DNA from: a virus | IMG/VR virus record: IMGVR_UViG_3300021364_000012 | Coordinates: 11,909 to 75,908 of that record | Direction: 5' to 3' (one strand) | Length of the DNA: 64,000 bases | Shown: in pieces, positions 58,460 to 64,000 of the stretch | How the letters are laid out: each line of letters starts with the position of its first letter | Position numbering within the stretch: the first letter of the stretch is position 1 | The notes under the pieces: model-generated | Told to the model about the DNA's origin: nothing | Databases searched by the model: none | Seen by the model: only the letters and a program-made list of their open reading frames with translations | Translations under genes and position numbers: made by a program

Positions 58460-60382
58460 TTAAACCTCACAGCCTCCACCACCACAGGCTATTTCTCTGC
58501 TACCCTCACCCATATCTTCAAGCTCAAAGTCTGAAAGAAGATCAAAGTTGATTGGAACATGACTCTCCATCGCCTTCTCGTACTCTTCCTCAGAAATCTC
58601 TACATATGGAGCCAATCTGTATTTCCCACCGTCATAAGGTAAGAAACTCAGACCTACAACCTCATCAAAGTGATCCCACAGCCACTGACCAACCTTATCC
58701 CAATCTCCGTCCTTGACGTAAATCGTGGCAGATTGATTGTGTCCTTTCTCTGAAATCCAAGACTTCATGATGCCAAGGTATCTCTCCATCTGCTGAATAG
58801 AGTCTTCATCATCTCTAGTCATGCACCCTTCAGGCGACTTAACTGGAAATCTAGCCACCCATGTGTCCACTTCGCTGTCGGGTCTGTCTTCTTGACCATT
58901 CTCCTTATGCAAAGGAATTCCTTGGTGCTGAAGAACCTTACAAAGAGGGTCGTTTGCTGAAACACGAACATGGCGGAAATAGTACTTACTATAACGAGGG
59001 TGAAACCCACTCGCACAGTCTACAAACTGAGAGCTATTTCCACTAGGCTTCCCACAAGTAATCGCCGCAGGATAGTTAATTCCGAGTAACTCTGAAGCTT
59101 CTTTAGCTGTCTCTAAAGCTACTTGGTTGAATTTCTTCATCGCAACCCAATCCGTAGAAAGCTTAGGGTTGTCGCATTGGCCTGTAATGTCTACTCCAAG
59201 TAGACGATCTTCTTGGCACAGGTTCTTCCATCCTTCTCTAAGATAGTTAAAGTTAGTCTTAGAAGCCTGTACGCAACCAATCCATGTAGCGAGTCTTACT
59301 TTCTCGCACATGCTTTCTACGGTATCTTCTGCTCTCATCACACAAGCAGAGAGATTACAGAACTGACCTGCACCGCCCTCTCCTGTCCAAGGGTCTTGTG
59401 AGGGAAGATAACGAAGTCGTATCTCATGGCATGGGTTGCTTCTCACCATCCCTTTCGGACTGCCACAGTATCTCCACCAATTGTCAATAGAGAAACCACG
59501 CTCACCGCTACCGCTCTCTGCAAGTGCTTTCCACTCTGCCCAAAAAACTTCCTCTGAAGGTCTCTCAGGATAAAACGCACTATTGTTTGCCATATATCTA
59601 ATCGTAGGGAAAGAACCTAGCTTCCAATTCTTAGCATGACGTAAATCACTATCATCTGGATCAGAGAAAGAAATCATCGCCGCTCTGCGAACACCACCGA
59701 CTACAACTACTTCTGCGATCTGACACATGAGATCATGACACTCTAGGGTTGTAAGCTGACGACCTCTCGCTTGATTAAGTATTTCTTCTGCGAAAGAAAC
59801 AGCTTTGAGCAGAGGTTCAGGGCCACTACTTCTACCGCCCTTAGTCTCAAGTACTGCCCCTTTCGGGCGAATATTGGAAACATCAAGCTCAACAGAGCCT
59901 CCTCGCCACATATGGACGAAAGCAGTGTCGAGAGCCGAAGCCCAACCTAAAGTAGAATCTTCAACTGTAATAAGGAGAGGAGTCTCCTCATCATCTCTTT
60001 CGGAAAAAACCGCTGGAAGATTAGACACAAACTTGCTCTCTACTGAGAAGCCAACACCTGTCCCTTGCATAAGAATATATAAAGCCTCTGAGAAAGCCCT
60101 AACACAATCAATAGGGAGAAAAGAGCAGTTATAAATGCTGACATTCTCTCTCTCTGCATTCGCACCCGCAGACCATAAAGCTCTCATAGAAGGCATGATG
60201 GACTTAGAAAAAATCGCATCTCTTATTTCCTTCTGTAAGTCTGAAGGGATTTTTGTAGGTAAGAACGCCCAAGACATAAAGCGATCTACAGTCTCACCCC
60301 AAGTCTCTCTTCTTTTTTCTTCTCTCAACCAACGAGAATATGTCCGATAATACACAAATGAGGACAAATCAGTATTTTCCAT
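58460..60382 (-). CDS. nrdJ: Class II (adenosylcobalamin-dependent) ribonucleotide reductase
   Basis: RTYSR, PSMRALW, YNCSF, VGGVRRAA, SNPCHEI, QFCNLS, CGKPSGN, C-terminal ACGGGGCE. Confidence 0.92.
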   Translation of the reverse strand: MENTDLSSFVYYRTYSRWLREEKRRETWGETVDRFMSWAFLPTKIPSDLQKEIRDAIFSKSIMPSMRALWSAGANAERENVSIYNCSFLPIDCVRAFSEALYILMQGTGVGFSVESKFVSNLPAVFSERDDEETPLLITVEDSTLGWASALDTAFVHMWRGGSVELDVSNIRPKGAVLETKGGRSSGPEPLLKAVSFAEEILNQARGRQLTTLECHDLMCQIAEVVVVGGVRRAAMISFSDPDDSDLRHAKNWKLGSFPTIRYMANNSAFYPERPSEEVFWAEWKALAESGSGERGFSIDNWWRYCGSPKGMVRSNPCHEIRLRYLPSQDPWTGEGGAGQFCNLSACVMRAEDTVESMCEKVRLATWIGCVQASKTNFNYLREGWKNLCQEDRLLGVDITGQCDNPKLSTDWVAMKKFNQVALETAKEASELLGINYPAAITCGKPSGNSSQFVDCASGFHPRYSKYYFRHVRVSANDPLCKVLQHQGIPLHKENGQEDRPDSEVDTWVARFPVKSPEGCMTRDDEDSIQQMERYLGIMKSWISEKGHNQSATIYVKDGDWDKVGQWLWDHFDEVVGLSFLPYDGGKYRLAPYVEISEEEYEKAMESHVPINFDLLSDFELEDMGEGSREIACGGGGCEV

Positions 60383-60409
60383 TTTCCATTTCCTTTGTTC
60401 ACTCACACA

Positions 60410-60444
60410 AAAAATAAAAACGCTCTTTCCACATCGAAGAGCGT
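60410..60444 (-). terminator. Possible terminator between holA-like gene and nrdJ
   Basis: ACGCTCTT/AAGAGCGT stem followed by T tract on minus strand. Confidence 0.55.
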
Positions 60445-60459
60445 CAAAGAAGGCCGGTA

Positions 60460-61398
60460 TTAAAAAACCATTACAGATACAACCGAACTTTTAAAGAAAG
60501 TTAAAGGATCAAACCCTTCAAAGTTCACGTTTTTCTCCATCTCAAAAAGAACACGAAGCAAGCCCTTCGCTCTTTTCTTACCAAAAGACAAGGACTTAGG
60601 GACTATTTTATTTTCCACGACCCAACGATTCTTTCCAAGAAGAGAAGATATTTCATCGTATGGTTTTTTTTGCTCTACACAAAGACATACAAGATATGTC
60701 TCGTACATACTGTTGAACAACAAACCCTCTGTAAAAGATTTCATGTTCTTATACCGCATCGTTTGCTCAAGACGCCTCATTACTCTGAGAAAGTTTTTTG
60801 GATTACAAGAATAAATAGCGTCTATGACAAGCATACCTGATATTTCCTGAAGAGGTGAGATCACAAGACCTACTTCTTGTGCGGTTATTTCTTCTTGTTC
60901 TGAAACTTGAAGAATCTTCTCTAATTCCCATCGAAGCACACCTAAGTCATGCCCAACTCTTGATACAATCGCATCAGAGAGTTCCTTGGAAATAGTCTTA
61001 CCTTCGGAAGAAACCATAGAACGAAATAAGTTGCTCGCCCATGCTTGTTTTTTGTGTTGTTGAGGAGGCTCTTCCAAAATCTCTTTGTTCTTGACCGCTG
61101 TCAAACTCTTAGTCAAGTTCCCTGAATGTATAAGAACAAGACTGTAGTTAGCACCTGCCTCAGAAATCCTCTGATCAATATTTTTTAGCTTAGATGCGTT
61201 ATCTACAACGACACACCTCTTAGTAGTATCAAACAAACCAAAGCTAAACGCATCTTCTATTTCTGAGGATGAAGACTTCTTTGCGTCTATTTCTGCTATG
61301 TCGTAACCCAAGGTCAGATACTTATTTATAAGCTCCACTCTCCTCAAAGAAATAAGGTCTTTGGAAGAGCCATAAAGCAAAACAGAATGTTTCTTCAT
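60460..61398 (-). CDS. holA: DNA polymerase III delta-like clamp-loader subunit
   Basis: LLYG, GLF...VVV, G..IS..L...VG.DLG.L..ELEKI pattern. Confidence 0.7.
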   Translation of the reverse strand: MKKHSVLLYGSSKDLISLRRVELINKYLTLGYDIAEIDAKKSSSSEIEDAFSFGLFDTTKRCVVVDNASKLKNIDQRISEAGANYSLVLIHSGNLTKSLTAVKNKEILEEPPQQHKKQAWASNLFRSMVSSEGKTISKELSDAIVSRVGHDLGVLRWELEKILQVSEQEEITAQEVGLVISPLQEISGMLVIDAIYSCNPKNFLRVMRRLEQTMRYKNMKSFTEGLLFNSMYETYLVCLCVEQKKPYDEISSLLGKNRWVVENKIVPKSLSFGKKRAKGLLRVLFEMEKNVNFEGFDPLTFFKSSVVSVMVF

Positions 61399-61979
61399 CG
61401 GAGCACCTCATTAAAATAACCCACAAGGAGAGTTCGAGATATTCTTTTGACGCCCATGACCTCTTTCAAGAGGTCATCGTACTTGGCATAGTCTGACTTA
61501 TCTACTAGCACCTCTAAGTAAGCCTCCAAAACACCCCTCTCAGAGCCTTTCTCCACTTTAGACAGTAAAGAGAACAGCTCTAACGGCTTCTGCTCTTTAA
61601 CTGCCTTATAAAGGCTCTCAGCAACACTCTTCTTTTCGTGTGAGAATTGAGGTGCGTAGTGATACTTCTCTCCACACCTTGATCTTATAGTTAAAGGAAC
61701 ACTCCCATAATCCTTAGCCCACAAGATTAACTCAGGAGCATACTTCACAGGCTCCTCAATACGCTTTAAAAGAATATCGAGCGTAGAAGGATCAGCGTCA
61801 TCAAGTGGGCCGGCTACGAGACAAGGGTTTGATTGTGGGTGGTTCTGTGAGAACAGGTCTACCAAACTCTTAACAGCGTCCACTTTCAAATCTCTAAACG
61901 GAGGGTGGATCAACGTCTTATCTTCTAAGATGTCACCTAACGCAGTCTCCACACCATTACCATGATGTATCACGATCAT
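61395..61979 (-). CDS. holB: DNA polymerase III delta-prime-like clamp-loader subunit (short)
   Basis: LKVDAV, DILLKRIEEP, VPLTIRSRC (SRC motif); GGAG before ATG 61979. Confidence 0.65.
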   Translation of the reverse strand: MIVIHHGNGVETALGDILEDKTLIHPPFRDLKVDAVKSLVDLFSQNHPQSNPCLVAGPLDDADPSTLDILLKRIEEPVKYAPELILWAKDYGSVPLTIRSRCGEKYHYAPQFSHEKKSVAESLYKAVKEQKPLELFSLLSKVEKGSERGVLEAYLEVLVDKSDYAKYDDLLKEVMGVKRISRTLLVGYFNEVLR

Positions 61980-62507
61980 AAAACTCTCCAAATAAGTACA
62001 TTCTTTGCCTCTATATCGTTTTTTCTTGTATTGTTGGAGAACTGACGATATACGGTGAAACGAACTTACTCTTAACGAGTACAGAGAGCAATCCCTCCCG
62101 ACGCTAATCAATCTTGACGCAAAGGGGGTAAGTAAAGAAACTTGAGATGTTTCTCTACAAGGAACTCTAAAGGCGAAAGCCTTCTAGTCTGAAGTACGGT
62201 CTAGCAGTTCAAAAAATAGTATCTCAGTTCGGCAACTATTTCTTCACAGAAACAAGTACCCATTACAGAGTGGCTCTTACTTGAGTAGACTCTTTCTCCC
62301 CTCCCGATATTTCTCAGCTCTAACAAATATATTAAGTATTATAAGAGACATCTATATTTAGTATAGATATAGAGGGAACTAAAGAGAATGACGTATTAAC
62401 AGAAATAAAACAACTCAACATACATCACATACTACATATACTAATAGTAGTAGTACTAATACTAAAACAATAAGTAGAAATAATACATAATGAAGAAATA
62501 ATACAAA

Positions 62508-62849
62508 TTAATAAATTTTTGGATTTTCATCTTGTGGGTATTTCTGAACCCACAGGTTTGTGAGGATATTAATTTTATTTCTAGCCTCAACAGACATTTC
62601 TATTAGTGTGTTAATAGAAACCTCTTTTGAGGAAATATCTCCACGATTGAGAGCTTCAAAAATGTGAGTCTTCACATGATTGAGTGCAAAGTCATTTAAC
62701 TCATCTTCTGATGTTGAGTAGTACTCTCTGAATTTCTCTGCACCGGCCAACACCTCTTCTGTTGAAGGAAGAGGTGAATCGTTTAACTCTGAAAGTACAT
62801 ACAAGAAGTCCGTGGACTGTACGATAGCTTCTCTATCTAAATCTCGCAT
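62508..62849 (-). CDS. Hypothetical protein
   Basis: 113 aa, AAGGAG RBS. Confidence 0.65.
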   Translation of the reverse strand: MRDLDREAIVQSTDFLYVLSELNDSPLPSTEEVLAGAEKFREYYSTSEDELNDFALNHVKTHIFEALNRGDISSKEVSINTLIEMSVEARNKINILTNLWVQKYPQDENPKIY

Positions 62850-62905
62850 GGCATAACTCCTTATTCTTCTTGGATTGAAAGATAAAGAGTTATACCATGT
62901 GAGTC

Positions 62906-63214
62906 CTAAGAATCTTTCAGCTCTTTTTCGAGCTGAAGTTGCTCGGCTAACTGATAATAGTTGACAGAACAGTTTTCCATATTTCTAGGGATTCTTACAC
63001 CTTCAACTAAAAACCTACGAACCACTGCATTATGGATGGCTTCTATATCTTTATTTTCAAAGCCCTCTTCTTTAAGGACTCTACTAAAGATATTGGAACC
63101 CATCACTCTTGCTTGGTGGATGAGCTGACTTGATGGTATTTCGTTTTGAATGAAATCCACCCACTCCTCAATAGTCTGAGGACCTTCTATCTTTGGTCTA
63201 TTGTAGTCGTACAT
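62906..63214 (-). CDS. Hypothetical protein
   Basis: 102 aa, AAGGAG RBS. Confidence 0.65.
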   Translation of the reverse strand: MYDYNRPKIEGPQTIEEWVDFIQNEIPSSQLIHQARVMGSNIFSRVLKEEGFENKDIEAIHNAVVRRFLVEGVRIPRNMENCSVNYYQLAEQLQLEKELKDS

Positions 63215-63219
63215 ATCTA

Positions 63220-64000
63220 TTACTCCTTCTCTAACATCTCTTGAGCTTCAACATCGAGGTTGTCGCTCTCAAGAATTTCAGCGTAAGCTACATTTGCCGA
63301 GATCGTCTTACTTCTTGTCTTCCAAAGGTCATCGAGAGTTTTAGTTTCACGATCATGTACCTCTCTCATCACAAGCTCATTTGCGTATCTCTGAATCTGA
63401 ATTGGGTCTGAGAACAAGTCTTCCCCCTCCTCATTTAGTTCTTGTACGCTCTTAAGTCTTTGCAGTCTTTCAAGCTTACTCTTAGGGAGCCTTTCTAGGT
63501 AGTTGCTAGATCGTCTTCTAATCTCACCTCTACTCAAATACGCAAACACGAAGGCTTCAAAGTATTCATTGATCACCTTAAGTGGGTCTGAAGGATTCCC
63601 TCTCTCGTCAAGAATCTCATCACTGTTCTTTAAGAAATCAAGCCAACAAGCTGGCTGATCTACATCAAAAGGCTCCACTTTTAGTGAAAGATACTCATTT
63701 GTCTCAACTTCAAGCTCCTCACATTTTCTGAGGAAATAGTTGTTGAAGAACTTCAATGAGCTATTTCTTGGATTACTGAGGTCGATCTTTAGCTCAACAT
63801 CAGTTCCATTTTCTTTCCAATACTGTTGACCGATAAGATCGCCTGAAAGGTCTACACAAGAGTAAAGGTCAAGCAAACAGACTTCACCATTAGACCCAAT
63901 ACGTCTACGGTTCTCCTCAAACCAATCTCGGATGCGAATCTGAGTACGACCTTCTTTGGTGTTGTCCTGCTCATCTAGCCGAGGGTCTACTAAGAATGGC
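63220..64000 (-). CDS. Hypothetical acidic protein, 5' truncated by window
   Basis: Frame stays open from 63999 to the stop at 63220. Confidence 0.65.
   Translation of the reverse strand, partial: PFLVDPRLDEQDNTKEGRTQIRIRDWFEENRRRIGSNGEVCLLDLYSCVDLSGDLIGQQYWKENGTDVELKIDLSNPRNSSLKFFNNYFLRKCEELEVETNEYLSLKVEPFDVDQPACWLDFLKNSDEILDERGNPSDPLKVINEYFEAFVFAYLSRGEIRRRSSNYLERLPKSKLERLQRLKSVQELNEEGEDLFSDPIQIQRYANELVMREVHDRETKTLDDLWKTRSKTISANVAYAEILESDNLDVEAQEMLEKE

Noticed and set aside
5201-60350. Numerous 60-170 aa ORFs antisense or out of frame to long genes (e.g. 21487-22002, 13796-14239, 45797-46276, 19591-20055, 42096-42536)
   Set aside because: Shadow ORFs overlapping well-supported genes, with no RBS or motifs
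1-64000. Alternative genetic code (stop recoding)
   Set aside because: Conserved enzymes are full length under code 11, and TAA, TAG and TGA all end genes at expected positions
1-64000. tRNA/rRNA genes
   Set aside because: No cloverleaf with T-loop consensus seen in the short intergenic gaps; tRNAscan was not run

Overview
A 64 kb segment of a large tailed dsDNA phage (myovirus/jumbo-like; AT-rich, roughly 40% GC by eye; standard genetic code). The minus strand carries a head and tail module: intein-containing large terminase, portal, prohead protease, acidic repeat scaffold, decoration protein, 291-aa major capsid and a 1587-aa tail sheath. Around these lie many putative head-internal proteins. 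Replication and transcription genes include a Toprim primase, RecD2, SSB-like protein, holA/holB-like clamp-loader subunits, class II RNR and a sigma-like factor. Three things stand out. (1) An apparently complete G/C-to-A/T nucleotide-pool converting set: a purB-guaC-purA operon (GMP>IMP>AMP), dCMP deaminase, a cytosine-deaminase-like amidohydrolase, ThyX and Tdk, plus a type II glutamine synthetase that could recapture the released ammonia. (2) A family of late multidomain proteins (GNAT, PAP2, zincin, Dps/ferritin, ParB-like, Arg-rich modules) whose domains are separated by recurrent [K/R]-x-A linkers and which share short motifs; this suggests a protease-processed polyprotein cargo system. 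(3) A membrane-anchored class III nucleotidyl cyclase coupled to a 2-TM partner. A recurrent 12-nt late-promoter-like motif, RBS-occluding hairpins, a nested in-frame gene, an outer-membrane beta-barrel and a structured intergenic RNA candidate are also seen. All calls are from motif recognition by eye; no database search was run.
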